Shown in pieces: positions 25,907 through 43,053 of a DNA stretch of 64,000 bases. Position 1 is the first letter of the stretch, and each line of letters begins with the position of its first letter. The notes under the pieces are model-generated. The model searched no databases, was not told the origin of the DNA, and was given only the letters and a program-made list of their open reading frames with translations. Position numbers and translations under genes: made by a program. Source of the stretch: Eledone cirrhosa (taxonomy: Eukaryota); the NCBI GenBank assembly GCA_964016885.1, contig OZ024740.1, forward strand, positions 283,402,001 to 283,466,000. Reading direction: 5' to 3'.

Positions 25907-27734
25907 TGGATTGGGAGTGAGAGAATGGATGACTGAAAAAATCACACACGTGGTCATACACATACAAATACTTATGCACACACACGAACGCGAACAAATG
26001 TGTGTGCCTGTGTAAGTGTGTTTGCGTGTCCATACGTATTTGTGCTTTGGTGTGTGTATGTGCGTTTCTGATTTCTGAGTTTTTTCCACATCCACCCGTC
26101 TGCATGTGTGTGTGTGTGTAGTTTTCTGTTTGTGTTAGTGTGTGTGTGTGTGTGTTTATTTGGGTGTATACGATTGAAAGAAAATGGGGGAAAGAATGGT
26201 AGTAAAGATGAGAGAGCAGTAAAGAGAGAGTGGGCGAGGAGAGAGCGGAAGGTGGAGAGAGAATGGTGGTGAAGACACATGCACACAGTATTTGGTTGCA
26301 AATGTCTACTGCGTGATTTCATTACAATTCTACACACTAGTGTATTCTAAATGTATGTATATATAATTCTAAGCACATATAGCAACCTCTAACATTATAA
26401 TCATCTACACACCATTTCCTCCCTTCATACACACCCACCCTTACAGAGAAAGATATTCCTTTCCATGCTAGAAATGAAAAGAACTACAACTTAAAACGAA
26501 GTACTCAATATTTGATACCGAACGAAACAGAGACAGTCCGACAATTGGGTTAACAACAGCGACAGAGCGAATATGCTGGAGAATAGCAGGTTAGAGTTTC
26601 TAGGGAAAGTGAATGCTGCAAGTCTGTCGTGGTAAGAAAAAAGACTCGTGGGAGTAGCCTGGGATGTTTTATTTGACCAGAATGGTAAATATTTTTTCAC
26701 CACCGAAACATCCAACCGGTGGTGAAGATATTAGTGCAGACAGATCCTGGGAGGCAAATATCCATGATGCACTTGACAGGGAATATAGAAGTTAAAATAT
26801 GTGAAATCAACGATTGTGAGTCATATTTTCTTTTAGATGTCAGGTAATTAACTTGGGTTGACTTTCTGCTTAGGAGTCTAGGACAAGCCACAAATGAAAC
26901 AAGGGTCCTTTCGAGTAAACTATCAAAGACTGCTGAGAAGGTGGGTCATTATATCTAGCACAAGAGAGAGGACGAGTGGTGCATCTAATGCAGTAAAAAG
27001 TATGCAACTATCAAAATAAACTGTTGAAGTTGATGGCAACGTATGTCCCGGGTTGACAACATCAGACTCACCTAATTTCTTGATGTTGTGCAGGTGTTCC
27101 TTCACTTACATCGCTGTTTCGCTCATGATTGGTGAAGTGTTACAGTGGAAGGGGCCAACATACCTGTAGATTTGCTTCTACTCCTGATGACATTTCACGA
27201 CAGAGTACAGAGCACCCTCAACACACACAGTTCTATTCAAAATTATATATACGAAAACACTATTTTTGTCCGATCCGTTGTCTTTAGATTGGATTGCTTC
27301 GGGATGTAACCTTATTACATAAGATGTTGTCTAATGATATCTCGTGACGGATTATATAATTGAACAATCAAGTAACCACAGTTGCATTGAAATATATATC
27401 ACAGCTTTATTAATAAAGGAGATTTTACCATCGACACCAAACTTCGTATTTTTCTTATATATAAATAAATATATATAAGAAAAATACATATATATATATA
27501 TATGAAAACTTACATAAAGTTGTTACACATATATGCATAGAGCCACTGAATCCAACATTGCTTCATTCAGGTTCATACATACCTACAGTCTGTTTCTCTT
27601 CCGACTGAAGCATACGCTTGGGCCCATGTTAACCCACTTGCACTCAGTTGGCAATATGCTTACACATAATCTTTAAATCTAACGCGTACCACCATCCAAG
27701 TTCACCCACGGAATCTCTCTCCCTCATGTACCCA

Positions 27735-27808
<74 letters not shown>

Positions 27809-27900
27809 ATATATATATCTTACTCTCTCTCTCTCTCAAGAGCGTGAAACTAATAAACCTTTGTTCGTACTGCCTCTCTGTTTTGTTCCCGTTCCATTTT

Positions 27901-28001
<101 letters not shown>

Positions 28002-28145
28002 TCCCTGTCTTGTTGCTATTTATTTCTTATTTGTCTCTTCCATATTGAAACAAATAGAATAACGTATTTTTTCGATTCAAATGTCAGTCATTTATACACT
28101 CACTTCACCCTAAACACTCTGCAATATACATACCTACGCATGTTA

Positions 28146-28212
<67 letters not shown>

Positions 28213-31200
28213 ATGTATACATATATATACATATCTTTCTAGAATACCGTTTGTCTATTCAAAGAATACGAATAAATCTATTTATGCAATAGTTCCTTCT
28301 TGCTTGTGGTCGTCTACGATTGGAACATACACATATGCACGCGCACAAACATACATGCTATATATATGAACAATCATACACACACATGTATTTATACATT
28401 AGTTAACTCCTTTGACAACAATTGCAGACTTATTCCAATGGCTCTGTTGCTATTTTAGATCACTTCAAAACAGAATCACTTTTGCGCCATTCCAACACTT
28501 ATACGTATTTGGTTCCTAACATTAGTATCTCTCTCTCTCTCCTCTCTTTTACCCTCACCACAGCTCTCTCTCCCTGCCCCCATCTCTCTCTCTCTCTCTC
28601 TCTTCATGCACACACACACACACCCACACACTCACACACAGACACAATAATATGCACAAACACACGCCCACTCACACATAAACACAGGCACACACACACG
28701 TACATTCTCACTTAGTCCTATAGTTATTAAGACTATTTATTAGTTTATATTTCACTTGTAGTTGACGATGAACGTGGTCAGGCAGGTGAGCTTTACAGCT
28801 GAAAATTACTTAGATATTCATATAATAAATATATAATTGTTTCTACTTTTAGCACAAGGCCAGCAAATACCCAGTGCATTACTGGTACTTTGTTTTATAT
28901 AATGGATTACAGTTAGGTTTTTACCAAATTTAACTTTAATTCTTGTCAAAAACATCTGTTTTGTTACTTGGCTGGTCTGGAGGATAATGCAGTAATCAAC
29001 CCATCACAGGCACTCCGAAACCGGGGAGGGTGATAACCTTGATGTTCTCTTTAAACTGTTCAATGAGCTCTCCATTAAGAAAGATATGATTTAGGACACG
29101 ATTTGGGTGATGAGAAAAGAGACGAGTGAATCGAGGGTAGCGGACCAGAGATAACATGTGGCTAGCAAGCTCAGAGAAGCAGTTACCAATCTAGTAATAT
29201 AGAAAATCAGACGGAGCAAACAACATGACTGCGTTCTGTTATTCCTGACATCTGAATCAGTAGCCTGGTTATAATTTAATTAATTGCCTATTCCACCTCA
29301 AGGGATTTAGTCTTGTTAGAATTCAATTCACTTGTTTAAGCTGTTATTACCTTTGAATTGACGCAGGTATGGTTGCGTGGCTTCTTGGTCAAGTGTCTTT
29401 ACCATATTATTACGTTGGCCCAAACTCTGCGGGTGAAATTGGTTGGACAAAAACTGTGTACAACTCCATAGAATTGATTTCACTTGGACCTCAAAGGCCC
29501 TGTCTTATCACATTATGTCACGCTGATTCTGTTTTGAGAATTACTTTAAGAGCTTACAAATTTCGAGCATACTTCTTCTTCTTTTCGTATTTTCGAAGCA
29601 TGTGGTTATATGACAGTTTCCCATTTCTTTACACAGACCTTTGCATTATTATTAAATTCTGAGAGATCTTTTAAGCTGCACTGGTTGGGTAGTAGAGGGC
29701 AAATAAGGCAGTGCTGCATACTCAACTACTTATACATCCATTCACTAGTTCGACGTTCAGTTGATTGAAGAACTGAGTGTTCATCGTCGAAACTGACGAA
29801 GAATGCATCAAACACCGAATCCTTCCTAAATTTCAACCAACTTTACACTCCCACTAATAAAACATGTACTTCTGAGAAACATATGAGTGTTGCTATTTTC
29901 AGCTTTTTCTAAACACAAAAATAAATTCCTATAATATCGGCGAAAGAAATCAATATTTCCCTTCCATTTTCATGTTTAATACAGAAAAAAGCATGGGAGC
30001 CACAACTTCTTATTTTGAAATAAATAAATAATAAATAGATATCCTGCAATCCACAAACAGTTCTACACAACTAAAACTAAAAAAAAAAACATGAACACTA
30101 ACTTATCTTCTTTTAAAATATTTAGTCCTTGTGTTACATTGAAATAAATCACTAACTTCTCACCGTCCATACCCTTACATACACTTGAGCCAATAATACC
30201 TTGGGTCAAGGCTTGAACACAAAAACGTCTTATTTTTGCAGAATATCTAGTCCTTGCGAAATTAAATATATAATCCTCTTGGCTACACATATTTAAGCCT
30301 CTAATATCTCAGGCAAAAGTATGACGAAGGCCACTTCCAAAATACGAATTAACAGTAGCTAATATAGACTACCACCACCAGTTTCTTTGGCTCCTGTATT
30401 TTACCAAAAAAATATAGGCTTTGTGCCTGCTTAGTCAAAATAAATCGATATTTCATCTTTTTCATCATACCAAATCCAATTCCGATTTTTTCCCCCTTTC
30501 ACATGAAAAATTCCCTTACACAGTGCTGCCTCGTCTGTATGGACTGCCGCCGACACAATAGCAATGCCTTATTACAACCAGCCATCAAGATAAATCTATT
30601 TACGTACTAGAATTTTCTTGACTCACTCCCCTGTCATTTTACCATCCACTGGGTGATTAATGGGCCACGCGACGCCATTAAACACTCTTCTCTCTCTCTC
30701 CCTATTTCATTTTTCTCCCTCTCTTACTCCCTCTTCACTGTCACTCTTTCTTTATCCTCCTTCATTTTCTTAGTTGCTTTCTTTTATTGATCCAATTTTT
30801 GCTAAACTCACACAGCTTTCAGCAATTTTGCTTGAATTTATTATAGTTTGTTTTTTCTTGTACTTTTTTGTTTATATATTTATTTTTCTAAATCCGTATA
30901 GCTAAGCGAGACTAAAAATATTTTCTATTCATCGTCATTCCGTCAATTTTATAATTATATCATATTAATTATCGTTATTAATTATTGTTAAATTAATAAC
31001 GAAAAGCCGTACACGATGCTCTGCTAGCTGTGACCGCGACGAGATTTCAATTTCTAGTCTTAATTTACTCTTATCATTTACGAAAAAGGCATACATCTAA
31101 AAGAAATTCCTTCTCACATTCCTTTAAGGTATAAGAACCTCTGACAATTCAGAACAAACCATATGCTTGGAAAGTATAGAGTTATAATTCGGAAGATTTT

Positions 31201-31339
31201 CTATTCTGGTGACAGGAACAGCACGAGCAGTATGTTCTTGCCATATTTTCGCTAAGTAAAAGTGTTAAATGCATCTCCGTCGGATTCGATGATGAAGATT
31301 CAGTTTCTCGATCAATTTAACTACTTGCATTATTGTATT

Positions 31340-31725
31340 AGCGGTGGATTGGCAGTATCGGTAGAGGGTCGGAAACCATGCTTTGCAACAAAGAGTTACG
31401 TCTCTTTATGGTTTGAGTTCAAATCCTGCCGAGGTTAACTTTGCCTTTCATCCTTACGGGGTCGATAAAATAAAGTACCAGTAATACACTGGTTAATTGC
31501 TGGCCTTGTGCCAAATGTATAACAATTATTGTATTAGCGCTCAAGGTCCTTTACGGTCTGATTACAGTTCTTTACGGCCTGAGTTCAAATCCCGCCGAGG
31601 TTAACTTTGCCTTTCATCCTTACGGGGTCGATAATAAAGTACCAGTCATGCACTGGGGTCTATTTAATCGACTTTCCCCTCCCCAAAATTGCTGGCCTTG
31701 TGCCTATATAAGAAACCATTATTGT
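31340..31725 (+). mobile_element. tRNA-derived SINE followed by a 5'-truncated second copy
   Basis: Copies at about 31340-31530 and 31565-31725. Confidence 0.9.
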
Positions 31726-32181
31726 ATTAGCGTGTAAGAGGCTACATTTACGCTCTACAAAATTTCTGGAAAACTTTGATGCTGGATAAGACACAAGATA
31801 AAATCACACGTAAAAATGGTGTGTGTGGGTATATATATATGTGTGTGTGTATGTGTGTATGTATTGTGTGTCTGTGTGTATGTGTGTGAATGGGTGGATG
31901 CAGATGTGGTCATGTCATTATTTTACAAAAATATACTTTATCCACACTAGTATTTGCAAATATATTTCATACATTTTTCTGTAAGTAACATATTCGACCA
32001 TGCTTGTGATATTGGTACAAGCTTTGCTGAACCCATGCCAAACTTTCTTCGTTAAAGTTTATGCCGGTCATTCTAAATGTTCTTCGTTAAAATCTTATCT
32101 ATACAAGGATACAACGAATATATAAAGCTCCGGTCAGCCGTGCTAACATTTTTCTCTATCCTCCCTCTCTCTCTTACACAC

Positions 32182-32326
<145 letters not shown>

Positions 32327-32969
32327 ATTTGCGTTGGTATATGTGTGTGTGCTCAATAACTATTATATAATGATACAGAACAGAATGCTCCCTTGTTATC
32401 AAATATGTTTAAATTTAATATATGTGTTTCCCACCTGCATAACCCTCTCAATAAATACTATTATGGTTTCAGTTATTTGTTGTTTTGTTTTGTTTTGTTT
32501 CTTTACATCTATGCTGCTCTGATCGACAAATTAACTTGAATAAGACATAAATTAGGCCATCTATGAAAGAGTTTGTTTTTGGCATAGTCAGAGATGGAGA
32601 TGCAACGCTGTATTCCTCTTAAACCTCCGTAACTGACAGAAGGTGAGGATGTTAACTTCAGCCCTGAAACCTAGTTTTAATGTTTACCACAATGGACTCT
32701 GCAAAGGCCCAGCTAGTTGTGTTAAACCAGAGGACAACTTAGATATATTACATGATAAAAGATTAGTGCCTGTGATTATTATATTTATTAGTTATAAAGG
32801 TATAAAGTGTGTGTGTGTGGGGTGAGGGGGCAACAGGGTATGTAATGTTAACATAATTTGAGGGAACAATAGTGAAATCAATTAAGTGGAAAGTTTACAA
32901 ACAAAAGGCATAGATAAATAGATAAACTCAGTTGTTTATTTGGAACTTATGGCTACTTTGCGCTTCCCT

Positions 32970-33330
32970 TTACCATGCTTTCCAGCATAGTTACGTCCCT
33001 TTACGATCTGAGTTCAAATCCCGTCGAGGTTAACTTTGCCTTTCATCCTTACGGGGTCGATAAAATAAAGTACCAGTAATGCACTGGGTAATTGCTGGCC
33101 TTGTGCCAAACGTAGAAACAATTATATTGTATAAGGTGGATTGGCAGTGTCGGTAGAGAGTTGGACACCATGCTTTGCAGCATAGAGTTACGGTCGTTTA
33201 CGGTCTGAGTTCAAATCTACTCGAGGTTAACTTTGCCTTTCATCCTTACGGGGTCGATAAAATAAAGTACCAGTAATACACTGGGATAATTGCTGGCCTT
33301 GTGCCAAAAGTAGAAACAATTATATTGTAT
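32970..33330 (+). mobile_element. Two tandem SINE copies
   Basis: Both end in AGAAACAATTATATTGTATAAGGTG. Confidence 0.9.
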
Positions 33331-34302
33331 AAGGTGACGAAATGTCTTGAGGTTCTTATTCCAGCTATTTTTAGTGTCAAATTTATCTTACACTCTTTCA
33401 TGGTCGATTGATAAAGTACCAATTCAAGATGGTAGAATGGCAGAATCATTAGAGTGCTGGACAAGATGACTTGCGATATTCATTTTGAGGTTAAATCTCA
33501 CAGTAGCCTACCAGCCATTATGGAAGGGATTGTAGCCCTACATCGTACACACGCGTAGTTAACCAATGATAAACTTAGAGCCTATAGATTCATACATTTT
33601 CGTATAAAAAAGTAAAAAATAGACTAACTGTTCATACATGCCTCACTAGGTAGATAATAAACAGAACCACAATGATATGGTCCGAACGTGGAAAATCTGA
33701 ACTCCCACTGTCAACGCCTCAATCTCTCTCGCCCTCCCCATCTTGTCCATTATATTCAACCTTCTGAGAGCAGATAATACCTGCTGATGATGATGATCAA
33801 TAGCTCAAATCAATTTTTAGGAGATTGTTTTTTTTCTTTTTCAGATTTAAACTTCGCTTACGACTTTATTAAAGATCCCACCCCCGATTATTTGTTTTCC
33901 ATATTTTATACTTTTCCGTTTTAAATCAAATTTTCTGGACATTCCACTTGTGAAAAGTTTGCATTGTTGTCTGATGAAAATGTGATTAAATGAATTAATG
34001 AGTTAATGAAAATTTATTAGTCAAATTGCTGGTATTCTGAATCATTATTTTGATAATTGGTAAAATATGGAGTACAATTTATTGTCTGTATTAATCAAGA
34101 CAGCTGAAAAGTATTTCCTGTGTCATTATTCTCTTTAAAGCTAAGAAATTTTTCCTCAATTTAATGAAATGTCAACATCTCTTTGATAATAACATGTCTT
34201 TATGAGTTATCAATATTTTTCGTGTTATTTTCATAATTATCAACACAATTTTCGTTGTAACATCTCGTAACAAATCTTCTGTTAGTATTATTTAATATTT
34301 CT

Positions 34303-34490
34303 AGGGCGGTGGATTGGCAGTGTCGGTAGAGGGTCGGACGCCATGCTTTGCAGCAAAGAGTCACGGCCTTTTGTGGTCTTAGTTCAAATCCCTCCGAGGT
34401 TAAAGTACCAGTAATACACTGGGGTCGATTTAATCGACTTTCCCCTCCCCCAAAATTGCTGGCCTTGTGCCTGTTTAAGAAATCATTATT
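34303..34490 (+). mobile_element. SINE copy lacking the central core
   Basis: CCGAGGTTAA joins directly to AGTACCAG. Confidence 0.85.
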
Positions 34491-35154
34491 TAATATTTCT
34501 CTCAACGAGCTGTATTGTTATAGTCAACCCTTCTGATATCAACCCGCCTGCAACCGTCCCTGGTATAAAGCCATTTGTGATACAGTGTTCCATCAATGAT
34601 ATATAAGTATGTTATTACGTTATGTTCCAAACACCAGCTTCATAAATCACTGAAATGTTTAAATCATCCTCAAAATTAATTATATTTTATTAGAAATATG
34701 GTGGAGAAAAGCTTAATACAAATGTTCACTATTTTGTTACAACCATTTAGATTTCACCAGCAACCAATACGAAGATTTTAATAGATATCATATTACATAC
34801 TATATGATATTATATCAAATTACATTATCAAATAATAAAGAAATCATTATATTAAATTATATTATATTAGAAATTAAATATTCAAAAATTAAAATATATT
34901 TAATGTTTTATTTTTTATTAGAAACCATTATATTATATTATATTATATTTTATTATATTATATTATATTATGCATCATAAAAACACCAATCTGGAACGGA
35001 AAAGAGCAAGGAAATTCATAATTCGATTCATAACGCTATTTCTCGTCATAAACATTGAAGGGGGCTAGCACAACCCATAAAGATGGACAATAATCTAACC
35101 TGCTAGTGCCAAATGACTGACACATTTTCTGTGAAGATAAATTACAACTGTAAA

Positions 35155-35940
35155 AATAATTGTTTCTACTTTTGGCACAAGGCCAGCAATTACCCAGTAC
35201 ATTACTGGTACTTTATTTTATCGATCCCGTATGGATGAAAGGCAAAGTTAACCTCGGCGGGATAAAAATAATGGTCTCTGAATTAGGCACAAGGTCAACA
35301 ATTTTGGGAGGAGAAAATCGATTATATCGGCTCCAGTGCATTACTGGTACTTTATTTTATCGACCCCGTAAGGATGAAAGGTAAAGTTAACCTCGGTAGG
35401 GTATGAAATCAGAACTTAATCAACCGTAACTATATGCCGCAAATCATGTTGTTCGACGCCCTACCGATACTGAAAATCCTCCCCACCCCCAGTATTGTGA
35501 AAATAATGGTTTCTTATATAGGCACAAGGCCAGCAATTTGGGAACAGGGGAAAGTCGATTTAAATCGTCCCCAGTGCGTGACTGGTACTTTATTTTATCG
35601 ACCCCGTAAGGATGAAACGCAAATTTAACCTCGGCGGGAGGGATTTGACCGTAACTCTATGCTGCAAAACATCGCGTCGACCCTCTACTGATATTGTCAA
35701 TCCACTGCCCCACTATTGTGAAAATAATTGTTTCTACTTTAGGCACAAGGCCAACAATTTTGGGGCAGGAGAAAGTCGGTTAAATTGACAGCAGTGCATT
35801 ATTGGTACTTTATTTTATCGACCCCGTCAGGAGGAAAGGTAAACCCCGGTGGGATATGAACTCAGAACGTAAAGATCCGTAATTTTATGCCGTAAAGCAT
35901 GTTGTCTTACACTCTACTGATACTTACAAACCACCAATCT
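35155..35940 (-). mobile_element. Tandem cluster of 4 SINE copies
   Basis: Four successive GGCACAAGG...GGTACTTTATTTTATCGA units. Confidence 0.9.
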
Positions 35941-37519
35941 TTGCTACTGAGAAACTATTGAAAACAGATTATGGTATCTAGCATAGATGAAATGGCAGAC
36001 ATTCTGGAGTCATATATGCAGATGGCAGTTACCGGGTCTGAGTCCCATTATTGACTTTCATGCTTTTTTTAATTTCAAATTAATACTTAAATAAATGGCA
36101 ATCGGTTTTGACGACGAGTGTTTCAGCTGTTCGAATTACGGAATGGTTGCCTCTAAATAAACGTGTACGTAGCTGAGTGTTGCAAATACACTTGTACTCA
36201 CTAACGAAATTTGGTGAGACTCAATATATGATAAAGTGGGCCTTTTGAATTACAAATACTATCCATCCAAACGGGTTTCTAAACAGTTTCTGTCTAACCA
36301 ATTTCACTCACGGGGTTTGGGGTAATCTGAGGCCTTGACAAAAAATACTTGCTCAGTTGGCCGAACTCGGAATCTCTTGTTTATGAAATAGACCTCTTTA
36401 CAATTCTGCCATACCTATGTAATTTGCAGAAATCTCTCCCATTGTCCATTATCAAAAATATTTAATGCAAGCTGATGTGTTAAACCTGCAAACATTTTTT
36501 CATCTATTTCGGTAATCATATTTCTAACAATCAAGAAACAGAAATACCTCTTCCTATCTTCGACATTTTCAGCATTTTGGTTGTTAGCCTCTCTTTTTGA
36601 GTTTAAAATGGTGGTGTTACATCAAAATGAAATTCATTTGTTAATCTTTACAGACAAGATAAACTCTAACTTGAAAATGGAAAGAAAATGTGCAATGTAG
36701 CAAAGAAAAAAGTTAATAGGTTTAATACACGTCATATTTTCTCCTTTCATAACTATGAACAGAGAAAATGTAAAAATTATGAAATAAAGAAAAGAACTGT
36801 TAATAGAAACCAGGAAGTTACTAATGTTGGGTGATAAAAGACTGGATGATATAATGATAGACAGAATGAGGAGCGGCGAGTTATTATATGTCTGTATCAC
36901 TCTCTCAATCTTTTCCTGTATCTCTGTTTATCTCTTTCTGGAGAACCAAAAAGAGATGACAGAAAGTAGAAGTGATGAGAAAATGAGAATTATGGATAAA
37001 TGGTGAGGGAAAAATTGACGGGGAAAATGAGACACAAACACTTGGAGATGAAACGATAAAGAGAAAAATGAAGAAATAAGAGAGGGTGGATCAATAGAGA
37101 TTAGTGAATATGATAGCAGAGAAATTATGGAGACGTTACAGAAAAACAATGAGGAATGCCAGATAGAGTATGAGAAAGCGGGTAATGAGTGAGTGAAATA
37201 GTGAATAGGAGATTGAGTAAATTTCTATGAGAGTGATCCGTATGAAATTAAATGGGGAAAATTGAGATAGATAGCAAGTTGTTGTTTGCGACTTTGTCAC
37301 TTCATTGAAACAGTGTCGGTGACCAGCTCGTAATAAACGTGGCGAATATTGTGGCACCAATAAACAGGAGAGTAGAGTGTAACGACAAAACACAATACAT
37401 AAATCAGTTGGCTGAATATGAAGATTATAGGGGTTTGCGACAGAGGATAAAAATTGTTGCTAACATAGGCCTGAGCCCAGATGCTAATAATTGTTTGCAA
37501 CATAGATATAGGGAAATTG

Positions 37520-37657
37520 TTTAGTTGATCGACCCCCGGGTGGGTGGAAACCAAAGCTGACCTCGGTAGTATTTGAACTCAGAAGGTAATAAGCCGTAAA
37601 TAAATACGACAACGCGTTTTGACCGACGATCTGACGATTCTACCAAATCCACCGTCC
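37520..37657 (-). mobile_element. Diverged SINE 5' part
   Basis: ATCGACCCC..ACCTCGG..ATTTGAACTCAGAA..TCTACC..TCCACCG. Confidence 0.7.
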
Positions 37658-40649
37658 TATTAGAACAGCTGATAAGAAGTGAAATTGTAATCCCTGTTAC
37701 AATGAGTTGTGAAGTAAAGAAGCTTTCTTTAGCTCAAGTGAATTACCTTTCTTTGACATTACAGAAGTGGAACTGGAATGATTCATCTCAGGACTTTTCC
37801 TATCCTGTGTGAAGACTTCGTAACTGAAGTTTGGTTTTGAAGAAATATAATTAAAAAGATTTATTTTGTCGAATCTGTAGGAGTGACAAACGAAATCTCA
37901 ATAGAATTTCATCTTAATATTATAATAAAATTTGGTTCAAATCAGTTACACCATAGAATAGTCACTTTAGCCATTTAATGATTATGTCGAGAAGCGTATT
38001 AGGAAAATTTTGACACCAAGAAATAATTGATCAATGTAAAAGGATTTTAACAGTATTTCTGTGTTTTCGAATGGCCCAAATGACTCTTCCAATTTAAGAA
38101 TCACTTCCCAATCAAATACATCTCCGATATTGTTTTAAACTAGGCACTAAAGACCCAGTATGTAAGAAGAGAGAGGCAATTGGCTGTTTATATATTTACA
38201 CTCCCCGTTAATGTTTGCTCTGAATCGCTGATTTATATTTTTTAATCATAATTTGGCAAATATATAATGAATTTCTAATATTTACCGATATCGACGATGC
38301 GCATCAAGTTCTATTCACGCTTTTGATACTAAACCGTCAGAAACAGCTCTTGGGTTATTCTAAAGTGTTTATACATTTGAAAATCTACCATCATGATTTT
38401 CTGTAGCGTGATTCATTGGTTAGGATTAGGAATATGGCAATGAAATAGTTAGCGCAAACAATTTATCGCTAAAATGACCTAGTAAACTATATACACGGGT
38501 ATCTGTAATTCAAACCAAATCAGGGTAATTTGTGATAATACTGGGCTTTAGAATTATAGCTGCAGTCTGTCCCACGTGCCTCCACAGTTGCGTCTACCCA
38601 CTTTAACGCGCAAGGACTGAGGTCGACGCGAAGCTATGCTAAACTGACTTTCCCAAGATTCCATGCAGTGGGATCAAATTTTGGACCTCATCTTTGCGTC
38701 GTGAACTTCTGAATCTCTCAGCCATGCTTGCATACGGTATAGAAGTAATGAGATATTTATTATATTCGTGCAGTTTTCAACGATACTATACACGCAAAGG
38801 AAGTAGATACTTCCAGTAAGGAATGGAAAGTAAATCGTGAACTCTACCCACTGAGCAGTAAATTAAACATGTCTTACTTATAACACTCTGCATTAGCTTC
38901 ACCGATTCTACTTGATTTTCTTGAGTGACTAACAGTCAGTGTTCTGTCATATTAATTATTTAAACATCAGCTCCGATTTAAAAAATCATTTCCAATCATC
39001 TCTCCATATTGTCGCTCTTATATTACTTTATTTAATCATGATTTAATATTTGTTTTCTGGTTTGATGCAAGAATATTTGATTAAATCGACTCCCATATAC
39101 AATTCGATCTTACTACATCGTCTCTGGAGAGATGAAAAATAAAGTTAACTGAGATGGATTTGAACCTCGAATGCCAAAGGGCGTATATAAATACTACATA
39201 GTACTTTATCTGGAATCCCCCCCACACACACACACACACACTTTTAAACCGAAGACTTCAATATGTCTCATAGTGCCATAGATCTGCACCTGCAAGTTTC
39301 CACACCTAGATGCAAGTAATATACAAAAGCTTGTTTGTTGGAAGAGGAGCTGTTCTTCATGTATGAAAATCTCCTACTTGGGGAGCTACAAATGATACAT
39401 TGTAAAATATTCTGCCTGATGCTCTTACAATCCCGCCAAATGTACCACTTGACTGGATTTGCAGTTCAGATCACAGACAACAGGAACACATACCGACGTT
39501 AGAATGACTTAGTCAATTCACAATCTTTGGTTTAGTATCATGAAATATATATTTGACAATCTTCATTAACTTTAGCTTGATTTCTTAGTTCTTCTGGTAC
39601 AGCCATTTCTTTCAACGTCTACGTGCTATTTTAACCTGCTAGAAATAGTACATAAATGCCTGAAAAACATAACTTACACGCTTTGAGAAATAGAATGCGT
39701 GTACTTGACAAGTGTGGACTAGATAAGCAACAAAAATGTGATGGGCAGGTGGGAGTACTTTGTGTCATGATTTCTCAATTAAGGCTGATATGGAGATTAA
39801 AATCAAATACAACATGCAAAAAAATGCTCTCGTGCGTTTTTATCATAATTTTTTTTTTACAATCCTTTGTCCTTCAGAAACAAATATAAAAGATGAAATA
39901 AAGCAATTTGGATATCAAATGGTTTCAGACTTTTTAGTTCAGCAAACTATTGTCATTTTGTTCTATTTGTTGTTGTTTAGCCGCATGTCAAGTATTATAC
40001 TCGTATCGGCAGCCAAACCGATGGCTTGACATGGACTGGACTTAATCTTTGCTCTTTGATGGTGATCGAACTTTGTGGAGAGAGTTATCACATGTTAATG
40101 CGCAGTCTGCAACTGGCGGAGTTTAGCGTCACAAGAGATCTACATTCTCGCTAACCTTCTCGAAATAATAGCCAAATTTATTTCAAATCATATCATACTG
40201 TTTTAAAGAGAGAAAAATTATATTTGATATTGTAGCAGCATGGTCAGATGGTAAAAATATTTGTGTAGAAACCGTAAGATCCTGGGATCGATTTCATTCC
40301 AATAAATTGGCATGTGTCATTTTTCTTGATCAAAGTCTCGAGTGAAATTGTGGCGGAGACTATTTCGAAGACCATCTGATGGCTTGGAGATGTAATTCAA
40401 AAGATCAGCCTTCTCACATACTGTACCATAACATAATGAGCTGTAGAAGAGTTTGGCTGCAATTTCTAGTTACTAGCTTGCTTTGTTGTCTCGGGGGAGG
40501 AAGGTGAGAGAGGCTGGTAGGACATTAGAGGTTACTATGGTAACACAGCTTATATGATATAAACTGTTTACTTGTAAATATCGAGAAGGACTACTTAGCA
40601 CAATGGTAAGGTTATTAACGGATAGAGAGGGTTCTTGGAATGGATGATG

Positions 40650-42590
<1,941 letters not shown>

Positions 42591-42604
42591 ATAATAGATT
42601 CTGA

Positions 42605-43053
42605 TTCAGGCACAAAGTCAGGAATTTGAAAGGAAGAGGAAAGTCGGATCAATCGACCCGAGTGCATTACTGGTATTTTATTTTATCGAACCATAAGGAT
42701 GAAAGGCAAAGCTGACCTCGATGAGTTTTGAACTCAGAACGTAAAGGGCCGTAATTCTATATCGCAAACGATGGTGTCCGACGCTCTACTGTTGCTGCCA
42801 ATCCTCCGTTCGAAAGTTGTGATTTGGACTCTAAATATAAAAACCTGTAATTAAATATCATAAGTCTATATACGTTTTTATTATTGTATAGGCTTCTCTA
42901 TATGCTGTTTATAGGCTTGTATATAGGCTTCTCTATATGCTGTTTTCAAATATATAATATAATTGTTTCTACTTTAGGCACAAGGCCAGCAATTACCCAG
43001 TGCATTAGTGGTACTTTATTTTATCGACCCCGTAAGGATGAAAGGCAAAGTCA
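42605..43053 (-). mobile_element. SINE copy (42605-42810) and SINE 3' fragment (42958-43053)
   Basis: Reverse complement of the SINE consensus. Confidence 0.85.

Noticed and set aside
26684-26735. Hairpin TTCACCACCG..CGGTGGTGAA with a GAAA..TA flank
   Set aside because: No CUGANGA box and a single copy; cannot be distinguished from an ordinary hairpin
35155-35940. CRISPR-like repeat/spacer appearance
   Set aside because: Tandem SINE copies in eukaryotic DNA; no unique spacers and no cas genes
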